The translations under genes and the position numbers were made by a program. The notes below the pieces were generated by a model that worked only from the letters and a program-made list of their open reading frames with translations, made no database searches and was not told the origin of the DNA. Positions 8,970-19,428 of a stretch of DNA of 32,000 nucleotides are shown piece by piece; the first letter of the stretch is position 1; the number at the start of each line of letters is the position of its first letter. Source of the DNA: Mycolicibacterium smegmatis (GTDB taxonomy: Bacteria > Actinomycetota > Actinomycetes > Mycobacteriales > Mycobacteriaceae); NCBI RefSeq assembly GCF_001457595.1, contig NZ_LN831039.1, positions 870,001-902,000 on the forward strand. The letters run 5' to 3'.

Positions 8970-9386
8970 ATGACACGGATGGGTGATCTGCTCGGACCAG
9001 ACCCGGTTTACCTTCCAGGCGATCCTGCGGCCGAAGAGGAACTGGCGGCAGGCGAGAAGGCAGCGGTGGTTGCTGCGGCCCACCCGTCGGCCTCGGTCGC
9101 GTGGGCGACGCTCGCCGAGCAGGCGTTGGACGACGACAAGGCGGTCACCGCATATGCGTACGCGCGGACCGGCTACCACCGTGGGCTGGATCAGTTGCGC
9201 CGCAACGGGTGGAAGGGCTTCGGCCCCGTGCCGTTCAGCCACGAGCCAAACCAGGGTTTCCTGCGGTGCGTGGCGGCGCTGGCGCGAGCGGCCGACGACA
9301 TCGGCGAGACCGACGAGTACCAGCGCTGCCTGGACCTGCTCGACGACTGCGATCCGACGGCGCGTCGCGAACTCGGTCTGGGCTAG
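8970..9386 (+). CDS. DUF3151-like conserved protein
   Basis: MTRMGDLLGPDPVYLPGDPAAEEELAAG...GYHRGLDQLRRNGWKGFGPVPFSHEPNQGFLRC, a conserved actinobacterial protein normally near fba. The tracked ORF start at 8334 is an over-extension. Confidence 0.8.
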   Translation: MTRMGDLLGPDPVYLPGDPAAEEELAAGEKAAVVAAAHPSASVAWATLAEQALDDDKAVTAYAYARTGYHRGLDQLRRNGWKGFGPVPFSHEPNQGFLRCVAALARAADDIGETDEYQRCLDLLDDCDPTARRELGLG

Positions 9387-9396
9387 CGCCCGGCCG

Positions 9397-10290
9397 TCAC
9401 TCGGCCTCGCACCTGCAGTCTCCCGCGGCGTCGGGCGGTTCCACCTGCACCGTGGCGTGCTCGAGGCCGTGCGCGGTCAGTACCGCCCTGGCGTCGTCGA
9501 GGACACGCGCGGTGTCGGCATCGCTGGTCAGGTGTGCGGTGACCATGTCCTTGCCCGGTACCAGCGTCCACACGTGCAGATCGTGCACGCCCGTCACACC
9601 GTCCACGGCGCACAGCGCGCTGCGCAGCTTCTCGACGTCGATGTGTGCCGGTGACGATTCGGACAGGATCCGCAACGCGGCCCGCGCCAGCGCGATCGCG
9701 CGCGGCAGCACCCACAGGGCCACCAGGACCGCCACCACCACGTCGGCGTAGGGCCATCCCGTGGTGACGGTGACGATGCCCGCGATCAGCACGCCGATGC
9801 TGCCGACGGTGTCGGCCACGACCTCCATGTAGGCGCCCTTGACCGCGAGGCTGTCCTTGGAGTGCGAGCGCAGCATGAGCACCACCGCGGCGTTGGCGAT
9901 CAGCCCGGCCAGCGCGACGACGATCATCGGCACGCCGGGCACCTCGGGCGCGTTGCCGAGACGCTCGAACGCCTCGTACAGGATGAAGCCCGCGACGCCG
10001 ATGAGCAGGGCCGCGTTGGCCACCGCGGTGAACACCTCGGCGCGGTGCCAGCCGAACGTGCGCGCCGGTGACGTGCTGCCGCGTCGGGCCAGCAGCACCG
10101 CGGTGAGTCCCATGAACATCGCGACCAGGTCGGTGAGCATGTGGCCGGCGTCGGCGAGCAGCGCGATCGAGTTGATCATCAGCGCGGTGATCAACTCGAC
10201 GAAGAAGAACGCGGTGAGGATTGCTGCGGCGACGAGCATCCGGCTCACCCGTGCGTCGGTGTGGTGACTGTGATCGTGGCCCGCGCCCAT
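9397..10290 (-). CDS. Cation diffusion facilitator (CDF) metal exporter, ZitB/ZitA-like; tracked ORF begins at 10326
   Basis: His-rich N-terminus GHDHSHH, FFFVELITALMINSIALLADAGHMLTDLVAMFMG (CDF HxxxD motif) and SSPAHIDVEKLRSAL...GVTGVHDLHVW. Confidence 0.88.
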   Translation of the reverse strand: MGAGHDHSHHTDARVSRMLVAAAILTAFFFVELITALMINSIALLADAGHMLTDLVAMFMGLTAVLLARRGSTSPARTFGWHRAEVFTAVANAALLIGVAGFILYEAFERLGNAPEVPGVPMIVVALAGLIANAAVVLMLRSHSKDSLAVKGAYMEVVADTVGSIGVLIAGIVTVTTGWPYADVVVAVLVALWVLPRAIALARAALRILSESSPAHIDVEKLRSALCAVDGVTGVHDLHVWTLVPGKDMVTAHLTSDADTARVLDDARAVLTAHGLEHATVQVEPPDAAGDCRCEAE

Positions 10291-10294
10291 TCCC

Positions 10295-10324
10295 GCAATA
10301 TATGCGCAATTCTGCATATGTTGC
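10295..10324. promoter_or_regulatory. Imperfect 30-bp dyad directly upstream of the CDF start; candidate metal-sensor (SmtB/ArsR-type) operator
   Basis: GCAATATATGCGCAATTCTGCATATGTTGC. 12 of 15 half-site positions match between GCAATATATGCGCAA and GCAACATATGCAGAA. Locally AT-rich in a GC-rich window. Confidence 0.6.
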
Positions 10325-10382
10325 AAGCATCACCGGTGATCGCGGGAATCAGGCGAACTTGCCCGCCGTTGGGCTGAACGGC

Positions 10383-10877
10383 ATGACGCACGACAACCAC
10401 GACAACACCGCACTTCCGCAACCCATGTGGCCGGGCGATGACGCGGCCCCGGCCGGTCTTCGCGAACCCGGCTCACCTCTGGCCCGGTTGGCCGCGCGTC
10501 TGTTCCCGTGGCGCTATGACCGCCAGTTGCTGGCGGGCATCCCGCCGGAGCCGGGCAGTGCGCTCGCGGTGCACGTCGCGCGGCTGACCTCCCGGTCCCA
10601 GCGCCATGCGTACGCGGGCGCGCTGCGGCAGGTGCTGCGCTGCCTGCACGAGGATCCCGCGCTGTACTCGTCGCGGCTGCCACTCGAAGACAGCACCGTG
10701 GCGTCCGCGGCCACGCTGTTCGACGAGATCCGCGAGCGCCTCGAGGCACCCGCGCCGGTACGCGCGCACGGAATCGCACGCCTGCGGATGCTGCTGTCAG
10801 ACGGCGCGAGCCCGATCTACCGGGGTGGCGAGGGCAACCTGACCGGGCACCTGCGCGCGGTGCTCGCCGAACTCTAG
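10383..10877 (+). CDS. Conserved mycobacterial hypothetical protein
   Basis: ORF with strong GC3 bias from MTHDNHDNTALPQPMWPGDDAAP. Position between the CDF gene and the site-2-protease-like gene near purA. Confidence 0.65.
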   Translation: MTHDNHDNTALPQPMWPGDDAAPAGLREPGSPLARLAARLFPWRYDRQLLAGIPPEPGSALAVHVARLTSRSQRHAYAGALRQVLRCLHEDPALYSSRLPLEDSTVASAATLFDEIRERLEAPAPVRAHGIARLRMLLSDGASPIYRGGEGNLTGHLRAVLAEL

Positions 10878-11653
10878 AACCAGGCCGACCAGAAGCGAGT
10901 GAGCTGGCCGCCGGCCGACACCAGATAGCTCGATACACCCGAGAAGTCGAAGAACCAGTAGACGAGCTCGAAGAACCAGCGGTTGAGCGCCGGGGTGATC
11001 AACAGGACCACCACGATCAAAAATCCCCACTGCTTGGCCGGCGCCAGCGCACGCTGGGTCTCGGGATTCAGGTGCGGCTCCAGCGCGCCGTAGCCGTCCA
11101 GCCCAGGGATGGGCAGCAGGTTGAGCACCAGCGCGGTGACCTGCAGGAAACCCAGGAACGCGATGCCCGACCAGAACACCGCGTGCGCCGGGTCCCAGAA
11201 CGCGCGGGTGAGCCCGAGCAGCAGCACCGCGAGCACCAGGTTGGCCGCGGGCCCCGCGAGGCTCACGATCGACTTCTGCCGCGCCGTCATCCAGTGCGTC
11301 TGCAGGTACACCGCGCCGCCGGGGAAACCGATGCCGCCCAGCGCGATGATCAACACCGGCAGGCCCAGCGACAGCATGGGGTGCGTGTACTTCAGCGGGT
11401 TGAGTGTCAAGTAGCCGCGGGTCTCGACGCCGTGGTCGCCGAAGCGCCATGCCGTGAAGGCGTGGCCGAACTCGTGCAGGCACAGCGACATCAGCCAGCC
11501 CGCGATGACCAGGATGAACACCCCGACGTACGACAGCGGTCTGATGGTGTCGGCGGCGATCCAGGCGAGCGCGCCACCGGCGGCGGTGACCGCGATGACG
11601 AGCAAGAAGATCGGGCTCGGCCGCACCGACTGGCGCAGTGGACGGATGTTCAC
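10874..11653 (-). CDS. Site-2 protease (M50)-like membrane metalloprotease
   Basis: MSLCLHEFGHAFTAWRFGD (HExxH) with LTLNPLKYTHPMLSLGLP and VALVLNLLPIPGLDGYGALEP (LDG motif). Multiple TM segments. Confidence 0.85.
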   Translation of the reverse strand: MNIRPLRQSVRPSPIFLLVIAVTAAGGALAWIAADTIRPLSYVGVFILVIAGWLMSLCLHEFGHAFTAWRFGDHGVETRGYLTLNPLKYTHPMLSLGLPVLIIALGGIGFPGGAVYLQTHWMTARQKSIVSLAGPAANLVLAVLLLGLTRAFWDPAHAVFWSGIAFLGFLQVTALVLNLLPIPGLDGYGALEPHLNPETQRALAPAKQWGFLIVVVLLITPALNRWFFELVYWFFDFSGVSSYLVSAGGQLTRFWSAWF

Positions 11654-11698
11654 GATTCGACGGTACCGGCCGGTGGACGCGCCGGCCGAGCACGCGCG

Positions 11699-12286
11699 TC
11701 AGCCGACGCGCAGCCAGCCCTGGGTGTGCCGGTAGAACGTCGAGCGGCGTACCGGCCGCGCCATCGTGGCGCCGTCGCGCACCACCACGGCGCCCGGCGT
11801 GCCCAGTTGAGCCGCGCGCCCGCTGACCCAGCCCAGCGGCCTGCCCCGGCGCGACAGCACGCTCGCACGCAGGCCCGGCACCGCGTCGAGCGGCTCGATC
11901 CGCACGCCGTGCGCCTGGCCGTCGAACAGCACCGTGTCGTCGACGATCGCCTCGCCCTCGAGCGGGGCGGCCTCCTTGCCGTGCCACTCAGCAGCGGAAA
12001 CAAGTACGGTTCCGGTCTCGTCGCGGATCAGCGGCACTCGCCGGGCGGTACCGCGCAGGGCGCGACGCGCCGACCAGCTGGTGCGCGCGTGCGCGACCTC
12101 GACATCGAGCCGATCGGCCTTCAGCAACCGCGTCAGCACCGCGGCCAGATCACCCGCGGATCCCGTCACGATCACCCGGTGATGCGCGTCGACGTCGTCG
12201 ATGCCGACGGTGGGTAACCCCCGCAGCGGGCGCGGCACGGGGCCCGTCTCGCCGGCGAACACGGCAGTTGAGGAAGTCAAAACCAC
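11699..12286 (-). CDS. Conserved hypothetical protein; start uncertain (GTG 12286 or TTG 12280)
   Basis: In-frame ORF with TVGIDDVDAHHRVIVTGSAGDLAAVLTRLLKADRLDVEVAHA, divergent from purA. AGGAG lies just upstream of the proposed starts. Confidence 0.6.
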   Translation of the reverse strand: MVLTSSTAVFAGETGPVPRPLRGLPTVGIDDVDAHHRVIVTGSAGDLAAVLTRLLKADRLDVEVAHARTSWSARRALRGTARRVPLIRDETGTVLVSAAEWHGKEAAPLEGEAIVDDTVLFDGQAHGVRIEPLDAVPGLRASVLSRRGRPLGWVSGRAAQLGTPGAVVVRDGATMARPVRRSTFYRHTQGWLRVG

Positions 12287-12305
12287 TCCTGGCACGCAAA
12301 CAGAA

Positions 12306-12336
12306 TTGTGGCTCCGCGCGTGCTCTGGGATAAGGT
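12306..12336 (+). promoter_or_regulatory. Candidate purA promoter (-35 TTGTGG, 19-bp spacer, -10 TAAGGT)
   Basis: cagaaTTGTGG-19 nt-TAAGGTgacc, with TANNNT-type -10 about 52 bp upstream of the purA ATG. Confidence 0.35.
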
Positions 12337-12373
12337 GACCTACCGGCTGCACCACTTCCAGGCGCGGAGATAG

Positions 12374-13683
<1,310 letters not shown>

Positions 13684-13684
<1 letters not shown>

Positions 13685-14334
13685 TGTCGGCTGACTTCGG
13701 ACTGGACCCGCGCCGCACCGACCCGAAATACCACAGCGAGCACGGCGGCTTCCCCGTGTTCGAGGCCGCCGAGCCCGGGCCGGGATTCGGCCGTTTCCTC
13801 ACCGCGATGCGCCGCGCGCAGGATCTCGCGGTCTCGGCCGACCCGGACGCCGCCACGTGGGACAAGGCCGCCGACCTGGTCGAGGAACTGGTTGCGCTGC
13901 TCGATCCCTACGAGGCGGGCGAGGGCGTCGGGCCGGCCAATCGCGTGCCGGAACTGCCCGGCGCGGGTAGCCTGCTGGCGCCACCCTGGACGGTCGAGAA
14001 GTTCGAGGCCGACGAGGTGCTGCTGACCGTGCAGTTCAGTCGTTTCCACGTGGGCGGCAACTACGCCGTCCACGGCGGCGTGCTGCCCATGCTTTTCGAC
14101 TCGCTGTTCGGCATGTGTATCCACGCGGCCGGACGCCCCATCAGCCGCACGGCCTTCCTGCACGTCGATTACCGCGCCGTGACGCCGATCGACACCCCGC
14201 TGCAGGCGCGCGGGTGGATCCGTGAGGCCGAGGGGCGCAAGGCCTTTGTCAACGCCGAGCTGCGCGACGGTGAGGGCAAGCTCCTCGCCGAGGCCAACGG
14301 CCTGATGATCATGCTGCTGCCCGGACAGCCCTGA
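13684..14334 (+). CDS. PaaI-like hotdog-fold thioesterase
   Basis: MSADFGLDPRRTDPKY... FHVGGNYAVHGGVLPMLFDSLFGMCIHAAGRPISRTAFLHVDYRAVTPIDTPLQARGWI. Start overlaps the purA stop (TGATG). Confidence 0.78.
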
Positions 14335-14340
14335 GCGGGC

Positions 14341-14535
14341 TCAGTCGCCCGTCAGCCGCAGCACACTCGCCGGACACAGCCTGACGGCCTCGCGGGCGTG
14401 CTCGACCTCGTCGTCGGGCACCTCGTCGACCAGAACCGTGACGACGCCGTCCTCGTCCTGGTCGAACAACGCTTCGGAGACCATCACGCAGTTGCCCGAA
14501 GCGATGCAGTTGTCGCGGTCCGCTTCTATCTTCAT
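14341..14535 (-). CDS. Single-cluster (3Fe-4S-type) ferredoxin paired with a P450
   Basis: 64 aa MKIEADRDNCIASGNCVMVSEALFDQDEDGVV...EAVRLCPASVL. C-x5-C...CP pattern of P450-associated ferredoxins, immediately downstream of the P450. The longer tracked ORF is an upstream extension. Confidence 0.9.
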   Translation of the reverse strand: MKIEADRDNCIASGNCVMVSEALFDQDEDGVVTVLVDEVPDDEVEHAREAVRLCPASVLRLTGD

Positions 14536-14540
14536 GGCAG

Positions 14541-15746
14541 TCACCACGCTACCGCCAACGACTGCAGCCCGTAGATGAAGTGGAAAGGCCGCCACCGGAC
14601 ATCCTCGAACGGTTCGGCGAGCGCCAGCGTCGGGAACCGGCGCAACAGCGCGGGCAACGCGATGCGCATCTCCATGCGGGCCAGCGGGGCCCCGAGGCAG
14701 TGGTGGACGCCATGACCGAACGCCAGATGGCCGGGCGCGCCGCGGCGGATGTCCAGGGTGTCGGGGTTGTCGATGAAGCCGGGGTCGCGGTTGCCCGCGG
14801 GCAGCGACGCGAACACCAGGTGGCCCGCCGGAATGCTCACGCCGGCGAGTTCGACGTCGGTGGTGGTGATGCGCGGCAGTGCGGTCGACACGATCGACAG
14901 CCACCGCAGCAACTCCTCGATGGCCGGGCCGATGGCGTCGGGATCATCACGCACGCAGGCCAATTGGTCGGGGTGGCGCAGCAGCGCGAGCACTCCGAGG
15001 CCCAGCATGTTGGACGTGGTCTCGTGGCCCGCCAACAGCAACAGTCCGGCGATGCCGATGAGTTCGTCGTCGATCAGTTCGGTGCCGTGCTCGCGCACCA
15101 GCATTCCGAGGATGTCGTCGCCGGGCCGGGTGCGTGACCGCTCGACGAGTCCGCGCATGTAGGCGCGCCCTTGCCGCTGCAACTCAAGGCGTTCGGGCAT
15201 CGGTGCCGAGAGGTCCAGTTGCCGCGCCGACCGCTGCTGGAAATCGGTGCGGTCCTCGTACGGCACGCCGAGGAGTTCACAGATCACCAAAGACGGTATG
15301 GGAAGCGCGAAATCGGCGACGATGTCGGCGGGTGGGCCTGCCGACTCCATGGCGTCGAGATGAGCGTCGACGATCTCGACGATGCGCGGCTCCAGCCGCT
15401 TGATGCGGCGAATGGTGAACTCCGGGGTGAGCATGCGCCGCAGGCGTTGATGTTCGGGCGGGTCGAGGCCCAGCAGGTTGCCGGCCCGGTTACTCGCCTG
15501 CTCCTCGGCGGAGATCTGCGGTGCTCCCGGGAGGACGAATCCGGGCGGCCTGCTGTTGGAGAACCGTTCGTGATCCGACAGGACGGTCTTGACGTCCTCG
15601 TGCCGCGTGACGAGGTACACCTGCATACCGAACGGGTTGACCGTGACGTGCACGCCTTCGCTCGCGCGGATCTCGCCGAGTTCGGGTGTGGGATCGAACG
15701 CGTCGCGCCGGATGTGCAGTGGCGGGAGCGCTTGCGCTTGGGTCAT
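14541..15746 (-). CDS. Cytochrome P450
   Basis: AGHETTSN (I-helix), EELLRW (ExxR region) and the heme-binding loop FGHGVHHCLGAPLARME. Confidence 0.96.
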   Translation of the reverse strand: MTQAQALPPLHIRRDAFDPTPELGEIRASEGVHVTVNPFGMQVYLVTRHEDVKTVLSDHERFSNSRPPGFVLPGAPQISAEEQASNRAGNLLGLDPPEHQRLRRMLTPEFTIRRIKRLEPRIVEIVDAHLDAMESAGPPADIVADFALPIPSLVICELLGVPYEDRTDFQQRSARQLDLSAPMPERLELQRQGRAYMRGLVERSRTRPGDDILGMLVREHGTELIDDELIGIAGLLLLAGHETTSNMLGLGVLALLRHPDQLACVRDDPDAIGPAIEELLRWLSIVSTALPRITTTDVELAGVSIPAGHLVFASLPAGNRDPGFIDNPDTLDIRRGAPGHLAFGHGVHHCLGAPLARMEMRIALPALLRRFPTLALAEPFEDVRWRPFHFIYGLQSLAVAW

Positions 15747-15801
15747 GCACCGACGCTACCCGCGACTGCAAAACTGCTGAGAAGTTCCTGGTCAGACCGG
15801 T

Positions 15802-17808
15802 TTACGGTTCGGCGCGCAGGCCGGGCCACCAGATTTTCGGGCCGATCCAGGTGAACAGCGCCGGGATGATGACCGTGCGCACCAGGAACGTGTCCAGCAG
15901 GATGCCCAGGCCGACGATGATGCCCAACTGGGTCAGCACGATCAGCGGCAGCACCCCCAGCACGCAGAACACCGCGGCCAGCACCACGCCGGCGCTGGTG
16001 ATCACTGCGCCGGTGGCCGACACCGCGCGCACGATGCCCTCGCGGTTGCCGTACTGCGGGGTCTCCTCGCGTGCCCGGGTGACCAGAAAGATCGTGTAGT
16101 CGACGCCGAGTGCCACCAGGAACAGGAACGCGAACAACGGCGTGCTGTTGTCGAGTGCGGGGAACCCGAAGATGTGCACCGACGCCCAGCCGCCGAGGCC
16201 GAGGGCCGCCAGCGAACTGAGCACCGTGACACCCACCAGCAGAAGCGGTGCGAACGCCGACCGCAGCAGGATGTACAGCACGGCGAGCACCACCACGAGG
16301 ATCGCCGGGATCACCACGGCCCGGTCGCGCTGTGCGGCCGCGGCCGCGTCGCGGGCCTGCGCGTCGGAACCGCCGACCACAGCGTCGGCGTCGGCCTGCT
16401 GCACCGAACCGCGAAGTGCGTCAATCGTTTCGAACGCCTCATCGGAGGCGGGATCGGCGCCGAGGACCACCGACCATTGCGTGAGACCCGTGGGTGACTC
16501 ACCGGCCGGGCTCGCCGACACCACACCCTCGGTGTCGGTGATGGCGCGCTGCACGGCCGCGGCCTTGTCGGTCGAGGCGATCACGCGCGTGGGATCGGTC
16601 AGGCCGCTGGGGAAGTGCGCGGACACCGTCTCGAAGCCCGACACCGACTCGGCCTGTACGCGGAACTGCTCGGTCTGGGTGAGCCCGATCGGCGTGGTCA
16701 GCAGCGCGGTGCACAGAAGCGCCAGACCGGCCACCGACACCACGACCACGCGGGCTGGCCTGCGCGCCACCGTATCCGCGATGCGGTGCCAGACGCCGCT
16801 CTCGGTGAGCGCCGTGGCGCCCACCTTCGGGATGAACGGCCAGAACAGCCTCTTACCGCACAGCGCCAGCAGCGGCGGCAGCACGATCAGGACGAACACC
16901 GCCGCGACCACCAGGCCCGACGCGGCCTGCACGCCCAGGCTGCGGTTGCTCGGGGCGGTCGCGAAAAGCAGTGTCAGCAGCGCCAGTACCACGGTCGCGT
17001 TGCTGGCGATGATCGCCGGTGCGGCCGCGCGCACCGAGGCCTGCAGCGCGTCGCGGTGATTCTCGGTGCGGCCGAGTTCCTCGCGGTAACGCGAGATCAA
17101 CAGCAGCGCATAGTTGGTGCCCGCTCCGAACACCAGCACGCTCGTGATGCCACCGGTCGAACCGTCCGGGTTCATGCCGAGGCCGGACGCGACGGCGGTG
17201 CCCACGACCGATCCGACACGGTCGGCGAAGGCGATCACCAGGAGCGGCACGAGCCACAGGATGGGGGAGCGGTAGGTGACGATGAGCAGCAGCGCCACCA
17301 CGATGGCCGTGACCGCCAGCAGCGTGACATTGGCTCCCGCAAAGGAATTCGCGATATCGGCGCCGAACGCCGGGCCGCCGGTCACCTCGGCGCGCAGGTC
17401 GCCGGGCAGCCCCTCGGCGGCGTTGGCACGCAACTCCTTGACCTCGTCGGTGAGGGCGAACCCCGAGAGCGTGGCGTCCAGTGGCACGGTCGAGATCGCG
17501 GCCTTGCCGTCGTCGCTGACCACCATCGGCGGGCCGGGTGCGTCGCTCATCCGGTGGCGCGCCTCGGCGGCCGCATCGATGTCGTCGGGACCGAGTTCGG
17601 CGCCGTCGGCGCGGGTCACCACCAGGATGGCCGGAGCCTGATCGCCTCCCGGAAAGTCCGCACGTAGCGCGTCGGCCCGCGCCGACTCGGCGTCCGAGGG
17701 CACCGCCACCGGGGACTGCGAGGCCGAATCACCGCCGCTGAGCACCCCCATCAGGCCACCCGAGATGATCACAACCAGCACGGCCAGCCACGACAAGCGT
17801 TTAATCAC
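15802..17808 (-). CDS. MMPL-family (RND superfamily) transporter
   Basis: 668 aa with two repeated TM blocks, ALGVDYTIFLVTRAREE, GASTGYALLLISRYREEL-type motif (seen as GAGTNYALLLISRYREELG) and FPSGLTDPTRV. Confidence 0.9.
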   Translation of the reverse strand: MIKRLSWLAVLVVIISGGLMGVLSGGDSASQSPVAVPSDAESARADALRADFPGGDQAPAILVVTRADGAELGPDDIDAAAEARHRMSDAPGPPMVVSDDGKAAISTVPLDATLSGFALTDEVKELRANAAEGLPGDLRAEVTGGPAFGADIANSFAGANVTLLAVTAIVVALLLIVTYRSPILWLVPLLVIAFADRVGSVVGTAVASGLGMNPDGSTGGITSVLVFGAGTNYALLLISRYREELGRTENHRDALQASVRAAAPAIIASNATVVLALLTLLFATAPSNRSLGVQAASGLVVAAVFVLIVLPPLLALCGKRLFWPFIPKVGATALTESGVWHRIADTVARRPARVVVVSVAGLALLCTALLTTPIGLTQTEQFRVQAESVSGFETVSAHFPSGLTDPTRVIASTDKAAAVQRAITDTEGVVSASPAGESPTGLTQWSVVLGADPASDEAFETIDALRGSVQQADADAVVGGSDAQARDAAAAAQRDRAVVIPAILVVVLAVLYILLRSAFAPLLLVGVTVLSSLAALGLGGWASVHIFGFPALDNSTPLFAFLFLVALGVDYTIFLVTRAREETPQYGNREGIVRAVSATGAVITSAGVVLAAVFCVLGVLPLIVLTQLGIIVGLGILLDTFLVRTVIIPALFTWIGPKIWWPGLRAEP

Positions 17809-19384
17809 GGTTCAGCGTCGCCTCTTCCAGATCGAGCCCATGGAGCACGGTACGTAACACTTCGTCATCGATATGGCCGGCGTCACACTCGGCGATGAAC
17901 GTCTCCCGTTCGGCGGCAAGCATTTCCAACCGCAACCGGCGGAAGGCCGAGGTCGGGCTCTCGCCGATGTCCTCCTCGTCGCGCCCCAGCCGTTCCCACG
18001 CGGCGTTGCGGCGGCGCGTGTTCCAGGCGCGCAACACATCGGCGGCGCGGTGCGATACCTCCGCGCTCGCAGGCTGTTCGGCGAGCAGCGCGTCGAGCCG
18101 TTCGGCGGCGGCCCTGGCCGCCTTGTCCTGCGCGGCGGCGGTGGCGATCGCGTCGCTGTGCGCCTCGTCGCCCTCGGCGCCGAGCACCCGGATGAACCAC
18201 GGCAGGGTCAGCCCGTGGAGCAGCAACGTGCCCACCACGACGACGAACGTGAGGAAGCACAGTTGTGCCCGCCCCGGAAACTGTTCTCCCGAAAGGGTGA
18301 TCAACGGGATACCGAACGCAGCAGCCAGCGACACGACACCCCTCATACCCGCCCACGACAGGATGAACACCTGTGCGTGCGACGGCGGCGGCTCGTGGTT
18401 CTTGGTGAAAAGCCGCCCGAGGTAGGTGCATCCGTACACCCAGACGATGCGTACCCCGATGACCGCGGCGAGCACGGCCGCCGACGAGATCGCCAAAGTA
18501 GCGGCCGAGATGCCCGCGAGTTCGCCGACGACGGCGGGCAACTGAAGACCGATGAGCAGGAACGCGAAGGACTCCAGCACCAATTGCAGCGCCTTCCACA
18601 CGGCCTTGTCCTGCAGGCGTGTGGCGTAGCTCGCCTGGGTTTCGCGCTGCCCGAGCAGCAGGGCCGCCACGACCACCGCGATGACGCCCGAGCCGTGGGC
18701 CTCCTCGGCGATCAGATAGATCGAGAACGGGGCCACCAAACCGATCGCGCTCTCCACCAGCGGGTCGTCCAGGCGCGTGCGGACGTAGTGGACCAGCATG
18801 CCGAGCACCAGGCCGACCACCAGGCCCCCGACGGCGGCGAGCGCGAAGGTGCCCAGCGCGGTGCCCCAGCTCGTGGCGGCGCCGATCGCGGCCGCGAGGG
18901 CGACCTTGTAGGCCGTCAGCGCGGTGGCGTCGTTGAGCAGGCTCTCGCCGCCCAACAGGGTCATGGTGCGACGCGGCAGGCCCAGCCGCCGGCCGACCGC
19001 CGTGGCCGACACAGCGTCGGGCGGCGCGACGATCGCGCCGAGGGTGAGCGCTGCGGCCAGGGTCAGTTCCGGCACCGTGTGGTAGGCCACGATGCCGACG
19101 ACGAAGGTCGTCACCAACGGGAGCCCGACCGCCAGCAGGCCGATCGACCGCATGTTGCGCCGCAGCGCGACGTAACTGCTCTCCATGCCCGCAGACCACA
19201 GCAGGGGCGGCAGGATCACGAACAACACCAGGTCGGGGTCGAGCGCGACGTCGCCGAACCCGGGCAGCGTGCTACCCGCGAGACCCGCGACCACCAGCAC
19301 CAATGGTGCCGATACGTCGAACCGGCGGGCGACCGCGGCCACCAGCACCGCCACCACCAGGGCCGCCAGCAATGAGGCACCCAC
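17801..19384 (-). CDS. Na+/H+ antiporter (CPA1/NhaP family)
   Basis: GAIVAPPDAVSATAVGRRLGLPRRTMTLLGGESLLNDATALTAYKVALAA and SWAGMRGVVSLAAAFGIP, hallmark CPA1 motifs. Long C-terminal cytoplasmic region. AAGGAGG upstream of the GTG start. Confidence 0.93.
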   Translation of the reverse strand: MGASLLAALVVAVLVAAVARRFDVSAPLVLVVAGLAGSTLPGFGDVALDPDLVLFVILPPLLWSAGMESSYVALRRNMRSIGLLAVGLPLVTTFVVGIVAYHTVPELTLAAALTLGAIVAPPDAVSATAVGRRLGLPRRTMTLLGGESLLNDATALTAYKVALAAAIGAATSWGTALGTFALAAVGGLVVGLVLGMLVHYVRTRLDDPLVESAIGLVAPFSIYLIAEEAHGSGVIAVVVAALLLGQRETQASYATRLQDKAVWKALQLVLESFAFLLIGLQLPAVVGELAGISAATLAISSAAVLAAVIGVRIVWVYGCTYLGRLFTKNHEPPPSHAQVFILSWAGMRGVVSLAAAFGIPLITLSGEQFPGRAQLCFLTFVVVVGTLLLHGLTLPWFIRVLGAEGDEAHSDAIATAAAQDKAARAAAERLDALLAEQPASAEVSHRAADVLRAWNTRRRNAAWERLGRDEEDIGESPTSAFRRLRLEMLAAERETFIAECDAGHIDDEVLRTVLHGLDLEEATLNRD

Positions 19385-19428
19385 GTCGTCCGACCTCCTT
19401 AACCCAGCTGTTCCTTATCCTTGGTCAA

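Noticed and set aside
10797-11987. 396-aa minus-strand ORF over the site-2-protease-like gene
   Set aside because: Different frame from the HExxH/LDG protein; repetitive Arg/Ala/Gly composition only.
16615-19375. Plus-strand ORFs of 350 and 500 aa opposite the MMPL and antiporter genes (16615-17667, 17873-19375)
   Set aside because: Arg/His/Gly-rich shadow frames complementary to clear membrane transporter genes.
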